This document shows positions 1 to 8,983 of a stretch of DNA of 48,441 bases, one piece after another (position 1 is the first letter of the stretch; each line of letters begins with the position of its first letter). The notes beneath the pieces were generated by a model. It had not been told where the DNA came from. It was given only the letters and a program-made list of their open reading frames with translations, and made no database searches. Origin of the DNA: Myxococcota bacterium (lineage in GTDB: Bacteria > Myxococcota_A > UBA9160 > SZUA-336); the NCBI GenBank assembly GCA_036337215.1, contig JAYZEO010000028.1, positions 1 to 48,441 of the forward strand. Reading direction: 5' to 3'. The translations under genes and the position numbers were made by a program.

Positions 1-61
1 GCCCCCCGATGGGCATGATGAAGCACCGACCCGGACCGGTCGCAGCAGATCGCAGCAGCCC

Positions 62-916
62 TCAGTTCCGAAGTGTCACGGCCGCGTTCGAAATAATGAT
101 CGCGTCGCGCTCGACCGAGCGCGCCTCGACCAGCAGCCGATCGCCTTCCCGCCAGTACGAGGTGCGGTAGGTCTCGCCCGGAAAGCCGATGCCGCGGAAA
201 CGCGCCTGGTAACGGGCCACCCGGGTCACGTCTCCATCCAGGGCGCCGTCGACGATCGCCTTGCACACGATCCCGTAGGAGCAGAGCCCGTGGATGATCG
301 GTGTATCGAAGCCCGCGCTCTTTGCGAACTCGGGATCACAGTGCAGCGGATTCTTGTCGCCGTTCAGACGGTAGAGCAAAGCCTGCTGCGGCAGGGTCGG
401 GGACTCGATCACTCCGTCCGGTTCGCGGTCGGGCGGCGCGTTCTCGACCTTGGGACCCGGGGGACCCCCGAAGCCACCTTCCCCTCGAAGAAACAGCGAC
501 ATGCGATTGGTGAAGAGCGGCTCTCCGCTCTCGTCCTTGCTGCTGACCTCGACGATCACGAGCGCCGCCTTGCCCTTGTCGAAGATGTCGGCGATGCGGG
601 CGGAACTCGTGAGCTTCGCCTTGGGCGGCAAGGGCTGGTGGAGTTCCACGTCCTGCTCCCCGTGCAGCAGCAGCGCCGGGTTGAACTCCAGGCCGGGTGT
701 CCCGAAGATATTCGCGCCCGCTCCCGCCCGCACCACGGTCGGGAAGCTCGGCAGCACCTTGAGGTTCTTTTCGTAGGTGTACTCGAGTTCGCCCGGGTCG
801 GTCGCGGGCACCCCGGCGCCCACGCCTAGGTGATACAGGATCGCGTCGTCCGGGCCGTAGTGGCCTTCGCCATCGGGATAACTCTGACTGAGCGCCTTGT
901 CTCGGTCGATCGGCAT
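62..916 (-). CDS. MaoC-family (R)-specific enoyl-CoA hydratase 2 (double hot-dog fold)
   Basis: LLHGEQ motif and hydratase-2 motif YRLNGDKNPLHCDP...IIHGLCSYG; GGAGG RBS upstream of the ATG. Confidence 0.9.
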   Translation of the reverse strand: MPIDRDKALSQSYPDGEGHYGPDDAILYHLGVGAGVPATDPGELEYTYEKNLKVLPSFPTVVRAGAGANIFGTPGLEFNPALLLHGEQDVELHQPLPPKAKLTSSARIADIFDKGKAALVIVEVSSKDESGEPLFTNRMSLFLRGEGGFGGPPGPKVENAPPDREPDGVIESPTLPQQALLYRLNGDKNPLHCDPEFAKSAGFDTPIIHGLCSYGIVCKAIVDGALDGDVTRVARYQARFRGIGFPGETYRTSYWREGDRLLVEARSVERDAIIISNAAVTLRN

Positions 917-947
917 GGGGGGTCCTCCACTGGTCAGCGCGGGCTGG

Positions 948-969
948 TCCGCCCGGGCGGATCATTATA
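948..969 (-). promoter_or_regulatory. -10 box TATAAT (969-964) with an adjacent perfect 14-bp palindrome TCCGCCCGGGCGGA (948-961)
   Basis: Consensus -10 about 50 nt upstream of the MaoC ATG; the palindrome overlaps the expected TSS. Confidence 0.5.
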
Positions 970-1032
970 GGGGGTTTGGGAGCGTGGACGCGGTCGCGGC
1001 GGGCCGGCCTGACCCGCGCAGCCGCTGCACCT

Positions 1033-1503
1033 TTAGCGCTCGGGTAGGCTCTGCGCCCCGAAGCCCTCGGCCCACTCGTAGCACTGGAGTTCGATCCTCA
1101 GCGGGAGCAGATAGCGCAGGTAACAGTTGTGGAGCTTCAGTACCCCGAAGTCCTCTACCTGCTTGTCGATGATCTCGACGCGCGCGTCCTCGGCCTGGAA
1201 CTTCTTCGCGCGCTCGAGGATCCCCTCGAGTTCCTCGGGCGAGCCCACGGACATCCCGAAGTGGTCACCCTCCGGACACGACATGGGGTTCTCGTTCGCG
1301 GCAAGAAACACGAACTGCTCGTTGCTGTAGACGCGCAGCACGAGAAGCTCGCGGTCGCGAGTCATCGTGGGCATCTCGCTCCAGCCGAAGACCTCGCCGT
1401 AGAACCGCAGTAACTCCGCGCGGCCCTGCTCGCCGAGCGAGTCCGCGGGAACACTGATTGCTACGTGATTGAAGACTCCACTGGGCTCTGCGGATGCTGA
1501 CAC
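1033..1503 (-). CDS. VOC/glyoxalase-fold protein
   Basis: FNHVAISV...FYGEVFGW...DHFGMSV...RIELQ pattern; GTG start at 1503 after AGGAGAG. Confidence 0.7.
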   Translation of the reverse strand: MSASAEPSGVFNHVAISVPADSLGEQGRAELLRFYGEVFGWSEMPTMTRDRELLVLRVYSNEQFVFLAANENPMSCPEGDHFGMSVGSPEELEGILERAKKFQAEDARVEIIDKQVEDFGVLKLHNCYLRYLLPLRIELQCYEWAEGFGAQSLPER

Positions 1504-1528
1504 CGTTCTCTCCTTCCTGCGCTTCGGA

Positions 1529-2569
1529 CTAGCTGCGAGGCGCGACGAGCACCTTGCCCGCGACCCGGCCACCCACGAGTCCCTCCATCGCCTGCTGGAG
1601 ATCGCCGAGTTCGACATCGGTGGACTCGATCAAATCGTCGATTGGGAGCTTGCCCGAGGCGAGCAACTCGAGCGCCTGCGGAAAGCCGTCCCGGTCGTAG
1701 TTGTAGCCCCCGGTCAGCGTCAACTCGTTGAGCAGAATTCGGTTGGGATCGATGCGTGGGCGCTGCATTCCGGTGCCCAGGATCACGCAGCTTCCGGTCT
1801 TGCGCAGCTGGGCCAATGCCGCCGGCAGCGCGTCTCGCGCACCCGAGCATTCGAACGCGACCTCGCAAGCAGCATCGACGATCTCGAAGGGCATGCCGGG
1901 GACCTCGAGTTCCGCGGGCTCGACCACGCGCGTTGCGCCCAGCCGCTCGGCCAGGCGGCGGCGGACGCTCCGTGGCTCGCTGACACAGATCTCGTCGACC
2001 CCACGCGCGCGCAACGCCGCGACCACCAGCGCCCCGATCGGCCCCGCCCCCGAGACGAAGGCGCGCTGGCCGGAACGCACCCGACTCAGCGTGATCCCGT
2101 GAAGTGCGACCGCAAGCGGCTCGGCCAGTGCGGCCGCGCGCAGCGAGAGCCCGTCGGGAACCCGCAAGAGCGCGCCCGCGTCGACGCGCACGTAATCGGC
2201 GAACGCCCCCTGAAATTCCCCGACGCCGGGCGGGCTGGTCGCGGCGCAGAGGCTCGGGCGCTCGCGTCTGCAGTACTCACACTCGCCGCAGCCGCGCCCG
2301 CCGCCTCCGATGACGGCCTCTCCGAGTTCCCAGCCATGGACCTCGGGCCCGAGCGCGGCAATGGTTCCCGAGAACTCGTGACCCCCGATCGAGCCCGGCG
2401 CGCCCCAGCCCTCCATCACCATGTGGAGATCCGTACCGCAGACGCCGCAGTGGCTGACCTCGAGCAGCGCGTCGCGCGGCCCGAGTTCGGGGAGCGGTCG
2501 CGCCTCTACGGCGAGGCTCCCCTTCTCCAGGTACACGGCGGCTCGCATCGATTCGGGAAGCGCAGGCAC
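1529..2569 (-). CDS. Zn-dependent alcohol dehydrogenase (MDR family)
   Basis: CGTD, GHE, structural Zn CGECEYC...C, GAGPIG; GTG start at 2569 after GGAGG. Confidence 0.9.
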   Translation of the reverse strand: MPALPESMRAAVYLEKGSLAVEARPLPELGPRDALLEVSHCGVCGTDLHMVMEGWGAPGSIGGHEFSGTIAALGPEVHGWELGEAVIGGGGRGCGECEYCRRERPSLCAATSPPGVGEFQGAFADYVRVDAGALLRVPDGLSLRAAALAEPLAVALHGITLSRVRSGQRAFVSGAGPIGALVVAALRARGVDEICVSEPRSVRRRLAERLGATRVVEPAELEVPGMPFEIVDAACEVAFECSGARDALPAALAQLRKTGSCVILGTGMQRPRIDPNRILLNELTLTGGYNYDRDGFPQALELLASGKLPIDDLIESTDVELGDLQQAMEGLVGGRVAGKVLVAPRS

Positions 2570-2666
2570 GGGATCCTCCCGGCCCAGCATCTCGCGCTGA
2601 CGCAATCCGCGTCAAGCGGGCGGGACCCGTCCGACCCCGGTGCGCGAGCGAGCTGCTCGGCCGCGT

Positions 2667-3641
2667 TCAGCGTTCGTGAAACTCCGCCATCTGTACCAGC
2701 TGGTTCACTTTGTCTTCGTCCTCGGATTTGCCCGAGAACTCGCGGTACAGCGCCTGGACGTTCACCACGATCCGCTCCGGATCGCTCCACGACGAGAACT
2801 CGCCGAGCGGAATGTCCTTCGCCGCTTCGAGCGCACTGAGCCCACCTTCGTAGCGCTCGCGCGCCTGGATCGTGAGGTATTCGAGGTAGGCCTTGACGGC
2901 CAGAACCCCGCGCTCATCGGTGATCGGACCGTGCCCGGGCACGATCACCTCCGGCTCCATGGCCAGGATCCGATCACAGGCCGCGATCCAGTTCGACACC
3001 GGCCCCTCCCAGATGATCGGCGTGCCTTCGACGAACAAAATGTCACCCGTGAACACCACGCGCTGATCCGGCAGATACGCAAGCACGTCGCCGCGGGTGT
3101 GCGCGGGACCCACCTCGATCAGATCCACGCGTTTCGCGCCGACCTGGACACTGAGTTCCCCTTCGAATGTCTCGGTCGGCAGCGTCAATTCGATCCCGCG
3201 GAAGTCGAACGCGCCGAAGGCGCGCTGTATGAATCGCCCGAGCGGCGTGTCTTCGGACCCGAGGGTTTCAGTCATCTGTGCCATCACCGCGGGCGGCAGC
3301 TCGTTCATCTCCTCGGCGGCCGCCTTCGACGCAATGATCCGAGCATCCGCCACGAGTTGATTTCCGTGACAGTGATCCCCGTTGGCGTGCGTGTTCACGA
3401 CCGCGTCGATCCGCTCGGCCGCGGCCGGCTCGGCCTTTCGCATTTCGCCGAGCATCTCGCGCGTGAGAGCCAGGTCGAAGAGCGTATCGACGAGCAACGA
3501 CTCGGAACCGTCCGAGACCAATCCCGCATTACTCCAGCCCCAGCTGCCATCCGGTGCCAGCCAGGCATAGACGCCGTTCCCGAGTTCGTGCAATCCCTGG
3601 CTGAAGGCGTAGCTCGAAACTCCCAGATTGGTCCAGCTCAT
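2667..3641 (-). CDS. MBL-fold metallo-hydrolase (cyclase-like)
   Basis: THANGDH, AHTRGD, FTGD, VPGHG motifs. Confidence 0.85.
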   Translation of the reverse strand: MSWTNLGVSSYAFSQGLHELGNGVYAWLAPDGSWGWSNAGLVSDGSESLLVDTLFDLALTREMLGEMRKAEPAAAERIDAVVNTHANGDHCHGNQLVADARIIASKAAAEEMNELPPAVMAQMTETLGSEDTPLGRFIQRAFGAFDFRGIELTLPTETFEGELSVQVGAKRVDLIEVGPAHTRGDVLAYLPDQRVVFTGDILFVEGTPIIWEGPVSNWIAACDRILAMEPEVIVPGHGPITDERGVLAVKAYLEYLTIQARERYEGGLSALEAAKDIPLGEFSSWSDPERIVVNVQALYREFSGKSEDEDKVNQLVQMAEFHER

Positions 3642-4034
3642 GCGCTCTCCCTCGGCTCAGCCGCCCCGATCTGCGGCTGTGCGCCGGTGGATCCCGGCGC
3701 ATACAGGATAGGGTAGGAACGGGGGTTTCCGTCAAGCAGCAGGCTCCCCAGCGGTGACCGGAGCACGCGCTGCGAAAGCCGGGCGACGCCTACCGCGATC
3801 TGCCCCAGGGCCGACCCCGTAGAGGCACGCGCAGCGTAGAGTAGGCGTAGTGTTCTCGGTGTACGCAAGCATGGACCAGCGGCTTCGGCTCTCGGGTGTG
3901 GCCGAGCCCGCGCACCGCGCGGAGGCACTCGGACCTGCTTCGAAAACGTATGCCGGACTTTGCGATTGGGTCACGTTTCTGGTCCCGAGCGATCCTGCGC
4001 GCGCGGCTTTGAACGACCCGCTGGAGGAGCAGAC

Positions 4035-5147
4035 ATGACCGAAGCAAGCAAGCACGGCCTCGACTTCCTCGTCGACAAGCAGGACTGGTCCCGAAGCCAG
4101 TTCGTGAGCACCCCGAAGCCACCGGACCTTCTACAAGGTGAAGTGCTGTTTCGCGTGGACCGCTTCGCGCTCACGGCCAACAACATTTCTTACGCGTTCG
4201 CGGGGGACCTGCTGGGCTACTGGCGCTTCTTTCCGACCGAGGAAGGCTGGGGACGGATTCCCACGATGGGCTTCGGGGACGTGATCGCCTCGCGCCACCC
4301 CGAGGTCGCGACCGGAACCCGCTGCTTCGGTTTCTTTCCGATCTCGCGCTACCTGGTGATCGAGCCCGGCCAGGCGTCGGAGCAACGCATCGTCGAGGGT
4401 GCCGCCCACCGCGCCGGGCTTGCCCCGGCCTACAACGAGTACTCACCGGTCAAGGCAGACCCGCTCTACCGCGAAGACCGCGAGGACGCGCACATGCTGC
4501 TCCGCGGCCTCTTCATGACCTCGTTCCTGGCCGAGGACTTTCTGTTCGACCGGGACCTCTTCGGCGCCGAAGTGATTCTGATCTCGAGCGCATCCAGCAA
4601 AACCTCGATCGCGCTCGCGCACCAGGTCTCGAAGCGCGGGCGGGCCCGGGCGGTGGGCCTGACCTCGGCGCGCAACCTCGACTTCGTCAGTAGCCTGGGC
4701 TGCTATGACCGGGTCCTGGGCTACGAAGAGATCGAATCGCTCGATGCCGGGCTGCCAAGCGTGTTCGTCGACATGGCCGGGAACGGGAAGGTGAACGCGG
4801 TCCTGCACGGACATTTCCGGGACCAACTCAAGTACGACTGCTCGATCGGAGCCACGCACTGGGACGCCCCGCGCAGCGACGAAGGACTGCCCGGGCCGAA
4901 GGCCGAGTTCTTCTTTGCACCCAGCCAGGTGCAGAAGCGCGCGCAGGACTGGGGAGCCGGGGTGCTGCAGGAGCGACTCGGCGCCGCCTGGTCCGAGTTC
5001 CGGGATTGGAGCAGCCAGTGGCTTCGGGTGCAACGCGGAGACGGCCGCGACTGCGTCGAACGGGTCTATCTCGACACCCTCGCAGGCCGGACCCAGCCCG
5101 CCGACGGCCACGTGCTCTCCCTCTGGGACGCTGAAGAGGACGGCTGA
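4035..5147 (+). CDS. DUF2855-family protein (MDR-like fold)
   Basis: FALTANNISYA...YWRFFP, SSASSKT, GLTS, IGATHW, FFFAP motifs; GGAGGA RBS before ATG 4035. Confidence 0.8.
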   Translation: MTEASKHGLDFLVDKQDWSRSQFVSTPKPPDLLQGEVLFRVDRFALTANNISYAFAGDLLGYWRFFPTEEGWGRIPTMGFGDVIASRHPEVATGTRCFGFFPISRYLVIEPGQASEQRIVEGAAHRAGLAPAYNEYSPVKADPLYREDREDAHMLLRGLFMTSFLAEDFLFDRDLFGAEVILISSASSKTSIALAHQVSKRGRARAVGLTSARNLDFVSSLGCYDRVLGYEEIESLDAGLPSVFVDMAGNGKVNAVLHGHFRDQLKYDCSIGATHWDAPRSDEGLPGPKAEFFFAPSQVQKRAQDWGAGVLQERLGAAWSEFRDWSSQWLRVQRGDGRDCVERVYLDTLAGRTQPADGHVLSLWDAEEDG

Positions 5148-5160
5148 GTCCGCGGAGCGA

Positions 5161-5191
5161 TTGACACGAATCCACCCGCGCGGCCTATCAT
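5161..5191 (+). promoter_or_regulatory. Putative sigma70 promoter TTGACA-N19-TATCAT upstream of the selenoprotein gene
   Basis: Perfect -35 and near-consensus -10; the 19-nt spacer is long. Confidence 0.45.
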
Positions 5192-5255
5192 CAAGGCGCC
5201 GGCAAGTGACCCGCGCGGATACCGAGCGTATCTCGTCAGGTGGGGGAGACCCATT

Positions 5256-6206
5256 TTGGGCAGCAACCCGTTTTCGGATCCAGACTGCACCTGGGGCAGC
5301 CCTCCGCGCGAGGGTGAGTGCGATCCCTACCGTTTTCTCGAGGTCGCGATCGCGGGCGTACTGCGCGGCAGCACGGAGTACGCGGAGGTTGCGACCGAGA
5401 TCCCGTGGGCCCCGGTGACCAAGCCGCTTTCGGAGAGTCGCATCAGCGTCGTCTCGACCGCGGGTCTCTCGATGAAGGGCGACCAGCCCTTCGACATGGA
5501 AACCGAGCGCCAGCGTCCCTCGTGGGGTGATCCGACCTGGCGGCGCCTGCGTCGGGACGTGACCACGGACACGATCCAGGCCCACCACCTGCACATCGAT
5601 ACCCGCCACCTGATGGCTGACCTCGACGTGTGCTTTCCGGTTCCGCTGCTTCGCGAACTCGAATCCGAAGGCGCCGTCGGCGAGGTCGCACCCAGCCACT
5701 ACTCGATCATGGGCTTTCAGGGGGTCGACCTGCGCCGGTTCCAGCCGAGCTGCCGCGAGATCGCGGAGGCCATGGTCGAGGAGGCCGTCGACCTGGCGCT
5801 GTTCGTTCCGGTCTGACCCCAGTGCCAGTTGACGGCCGGTCTGGTCGCACGCGAGGTCGAGAAGGCGGGGATCCCCACGGTGGTCCTGAATTCCATCTGG
5901 TCGGTCCAGCGCGCGGTCGGCATGCCGCGCGTGGCCGCCATCGAGTTCCCGATGGCGCGCGCGCTCGGTGACGTAGGCGAGGCCGACCTGCACCGACAGA
6001 TCCTGATGGACGCGCTCGCGCTGTTCGCGAGTGCGCCCGAGCCCGGCTGGGTCGAGCACCTGCCCTACAAGTGGCCGCACCCGCCCGCAGAGACGACCTG
6101 GCTTCCGGACCCACCGCCCCCCTATCTGCTCGTGATCCGCGAACACTGGCGCGAGATGGTGCAGCGGCAACGCGAGCGGCGCGACAAGCGCGTCGCTTCC
6201 GCATGA
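5256..6206 (+). CDS. Glycine/sarcosine/betaine/proline reductase selenoprotein B-like protein (GrdB/PrdB family) with Sec at TGA 5814-5816
   Basis: ORFs 5256-5816 and 5829-6206 are in the same frame, separated only by TGA; read-through gives LFVPV-U-PQC-QLTAGLVAREVEKAGIPTV, the family UxxC active-site context; N-terminal PLSESRISVVSTAG...D...CFP...HYSIMG matches the family. Confidence 0.85.
5823..5849 (+). promoter_or_regulatory. Candidate bacterial SECIS hairpin
   Basis: CCA(5825-27)/TGG(5842-44) and GAC(5831-33)/GTC(5839-41) stems; apical loop GGCCG starts 17 nt after the UGA. Confidence 0.6.
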
Positions 6207-6682
6207 GGTGGCTCAAGCGAATCGGCTGGGCCGTCGCCGCGGTCGTGGTTCTGGCAGCCTGCGCGCGCCTCATCTGGACCGATCCGATCGGGCCGCTCGC
6301 CGGGGGCCGCCTTTCCGGAAGCGAGGCGCCCTTCCCCGCGGACTGGGATTTTAGCGACGCTCACTTCACGATCGCGGTGGAGACGCGGCCCGAAGGCCCG
6401 CACTCCGTCACCACGATCTGCTTCGTACACGAGGGAACCCTGATCGTCCCCGCCCAGGGCGGGTCGGACAAGGCCTGGACCCACTACGTGCTCGACGATC
6501 CGCGCGTGCGCATCAAGGTGGGCGAGCGCGTGTTCCCGGCGCACGCGACCCGGATCCTGGAACCCGACCCTGAGGACTACTTCGCCTCGGCCGCGCGCAA
6601 GTACAAGCGGATGGCAGATCGGACCGCAGAAGACCGGCCCGAAGATATCTGGCTGTTCCGGATCGAACCGCGCGAAGGCTAG
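6203..6682 (+). CDS. Exported or membrane-anchored split-barrel (flavin-binding-like, DUF2255-like) protein
   Basis: ATGA overlap with the selenoprotein stop; N-terminal basic plus hydrophobic segment; PHSVTTIC...W...DPRVRIKVG...ATR...KY...WLFRIEPR pattern. Confidence 0.65.
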   Translation: MRWLKRIGWAVAAVVVLAACARLIWTDPIGPLAGGRLSGSEAPFPADWDFSDAHFTIAVETRPEGPHSVTTICFVHEGTLIVPAQGGSDKAWTHYVLDDPRVRIKVGERVFPAHATRILEPDPEDYFASAARKYKRMADRTAEDRPEDIWLFRIEPREG

Positions 6683-6704
6683 CGTACGGGCAGCGCGGCC
6701 GGCT

Positions 6705-7145
6705 TCAGTCGCTGACCCGGGGATCGTAGGTGCCAAAGCTCCAGACGTGCCCCTCGGGATCGCGGCAGCTGTAGCCCCGGCCGCCATAGCCCGCATCCTC
6801 GAGTTCCATCAGGACCTCGGCACCCGCCGCCACTGCGCGCGCGTAGTGGGCATCGGCATCGTCGACGACGATGTAGGTGTCCCCCGACACGTGCCCGCCG
6901 AGTTCATCCGGCGGCCGTACCACCTTGTCGTAGGCGTTGCCCCCGTGAGAATTCGCGGACCCGAGCATGATCATGCCGTCGCCCAGGAGCAACTGGGCAT
7001 GCGCGATCGTGTCGTTCCCCCCCGGCACCACGAGCTGGGCCTCGAAGCCAAAGGCCTGGCAGAGCCACGCGATCGCGGCCGGCGCATCCCGGTATCGAAA
7101 ACTCGGAACCACGCTGCCACCTGACTTGTTTGACGTTACCGACAT
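6705..7145 (-). CDS. VOC/glyoxalase/bleomycin-resistance family protein
   Basis: YRDAPAAIAWLCQAFGF, HAQL..GDGMIMLG, RDPEGHVWSFG. Confidence 0.9.
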   Translation of the reverse strand: MSVTSNKSGGSVVPSFRYRDAPAAIAWLCQAFGFEAQLVVPGGNDTIAHAQLLLGDGMIMLGSANSHGGNAYDKVVRPPDELGGHVSGDTYIVVDDADAHYARAVAAGAEVLMELEDAGYGGRGYSCRDPEGHVWSFGTYDPRVSD

Positions 7146-7230
7146 TAGGCATGCCTCCAGACCCGAAGCCTACACCCAATGGCGGGCGGTCGACCTCCAT
7201 GCTGCCAGAGCCGGGGCAAGCGATCGGAGT

Positions 7231-7665
7231 TCAAGGTTGCGAAGCGCGCAACCGGCGCAGCGCGGCCCGGTCGAGCTGGGGTGCGCCATCGGTGATCTCG
7301 AACCATGGGGCGCGAGCATCCACCATGATATGCCGCTCGGGGCGGAGCTCCGGGTCGCCCTCCAGTAGCCCCGCGGGCACCTCCAACCAGGTCGCATCCG
7401 GCGGCGGATTCGGCACGGGCGATCCGCAACGCCCGCAGAAGCTGCTCCGATAGGCGGGCGGCTTCCGCAGAATCGGCGCGTCATAGTGTCGGATCAGCGC
7501 GGCACCCTCGAGAAGGCGAAAGTTCTCTGCGCGAACGCCGACGCCCGCAAGAAACGCGGAGCCCGACAGCTTCCGGCAGCGAGAACAGTGGCAGAGCTCG
7601 AAAGGGCCTGCGGCCGCATCGATTTCGAAACGGACACCGCCGCACAAACAAGCGCCCTGGATCAT
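7231..7665 (-). CDS. GFA/CENP-V family Zn-binding protein
   Basis: GACLCGGV, CHCSRCRK, FCGRCGS; ATG 7665 after GAGGAGG. Confidence 0.9.
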   Translation of the reverse strand: MIQGACLCGGVRFEIDAAAGPFELCHCSRCRKLSGSAFLAGVGVRAENFRLLEGAALIRHYDAPILRKPPAYRSSFCGRCGSPVPNPPPDATWLEVPAGLLEGDPELRPERHIMVDARAPWFEITDGAPQLDRAALRRLRASQP

Positions 7666-7843
7666 CTCGCCCTCCTCGCGACGCCGCACGCTGCGGATGG
7701 ATCGGTCCCGCGCGCCGATCGTCTTCAACCGACCCTGCGCATCAGGCTAGCAAAGCGACTCTCTGGAACGCCGCGGCGCCGCACCCAGGCCGCGCCCTTC
7801 CGGTAGACTCGGAGTGAGCTTTGCGGACACGGAGGAGCCCCGC

Positions 7844-8974
7844 GTGGAAATTCACGGACGTTTCGACGAACGCTTTCGCCCGGTACACGATGCCTTCGCG
7901 GCAAACTTCGAGCGAGGTGCCGAACTCGGAGCGAGTGTCTGTGTGACTCTGGATGGCGATCCCGTGGTCGATCTCTGGGCGGGCGCCGCCGCGCCCGGCG
8001 GAGCTGCCTGGGCGGAAGACACGATCGTGAACGTGTACTCCACCACCAAGACCATGGCCGCGCTCTGCGTATTGATGCTCGCAGACCGGGGAAAATTGGA
8101 TCTCTCGGCACCGGTGGCCGAGTACTGGCCGGAGTTCGCCGAGAACGGCAAGCAGGGGGTGCTGGTGCGTCACGTGATGAGCCACAGCGCCGGGGTTGCG
8201 GGATTCGACCCGCCGATTCGCCCGGAGCAACTCTACGACTGGGACGCGGTGGCCACCCAACTCGCGGGCCAGGCGCCCTGGTGGGAACCCGGAAGCGTCT
8301 CGGGTTACCACGCCATCACCCAGGGGTTCCTGCAGGGCGAACTGGTGCGGCGCGTGACGGGCCAGAGCCTGGGGACTTTCTTTCGCGAGAACGTGAGCGC
8401 GCCCCTCGGGGCCGACTTCCACATCGGACTCGCCGCAGAGCACGACGGACGCGTGGGCGAACTGGTGCCTCCCGAGGCCTTACCTGCGAACCAGCCCGAA
8501 AGCCCCGGGGAGGTCGCCATCCGCACCTTCAATAGTTGCGAACTGACGGGGACCGAGCCGCGCACGCGCGCGTGGCGGGCGGCCGAAATTCCCGCTGCGG
8601 GCGGCATCGGGAACGCACGCAGCGTGGGTCGCATCCACTCGGCCATCGCGTGCGGCGGCGCGGTCGACGGCGTGACGCTGCTGTCTCCCGAAGGGGTCGA
8701 GGTCATTCTCGAGGAGCAGACCAGCGGACAGGACCTGGTGCTCGGTGTGCCGATGCGCTTCGGCATGGGCTTCGGGCTCAAGTCCGAAGCGATGCCACTC
8801 GGGCCCAACGAGCGGGTCTGCTTCTGGGGCGGATGGGGCGGATCGCTGGCCTGGATCGACCTCGACGCGCGACTCACGGTCTCCTACGTGATGAACCACA
8901 TGGAGAGCGACCTGCTCGGCGACCTGCGCGGCGGGAGCCTGGCGCTCGCCAGCTACGCCTGCCTCGAGAACTGA
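7844..8974 (+). CDS. Beta-lactamase-family serine hydrolase/esterase
   Basis: SxxK (YSTTK), MSHSAG, WEPG...YH, WGGWGGS; GTG 7844 after GGAGGAG (alternative start 7814). Confidence 0.9.
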   Translation: MEIHGRFDERFRPVHDAFAANFERGAELGASVCVTLDGDPVVDLWAGAAAPGGAAWAEDTIVNVYSTTKTMAALCVLMLADRGKLDLSAPVAEYWPEFAENGKQGVLVRHVMSHSAGVAGFDPPIRPEQLYDWDAVATQLAGQAPWWEPGSVSGYHAITQGFLQGELVRRVTGQSLGTFFRENVSAPLGADFHIGLAAEHDGRVGELVPPEALPANQPESPGEVAIRTFNSCELTGTEPRTRAWRAAEIPAAGGIGNARSVGRIHSAIACGGAVDGVTLLSPEGVEVILEEQTSGQDLVLGVPMRFGMGFGLKSEAMPLGPNERVCFWGGWGGSLAWIDLDARLTVSYVMNHMESDLLGDLRGGSLALASYACLEN

Positions 8975-8983
8975 CGCGACCGG

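Noticed and set aside
3850-4038. Small ORF whose stop overlaps the DUF2855 start (ATGA)
   Set aside because: No SD or recognisable motif; the downstream gene has its own GGAGGA RBS; the overlap may be chance, though not fully excluded
5256-6206. Interpretation as a pseudogene or as two separate genes (5256-5816 and 5829-6206)
   Set aside because: The only interruption is a TGA at the family's catalytic Sec position, with Cys three residues later and a SECIS-like hairpin; the second ORF has only a TTG start with no SD
7844-8974. Antibiotic-resistance beta-lactamase (also considered for the MBL-fold gene at 2667-3641)
   Set aside because: No signal peptides; motifs fit family VIII esterases and cyclase-like MBL hydrolases rather than resistance enzymes
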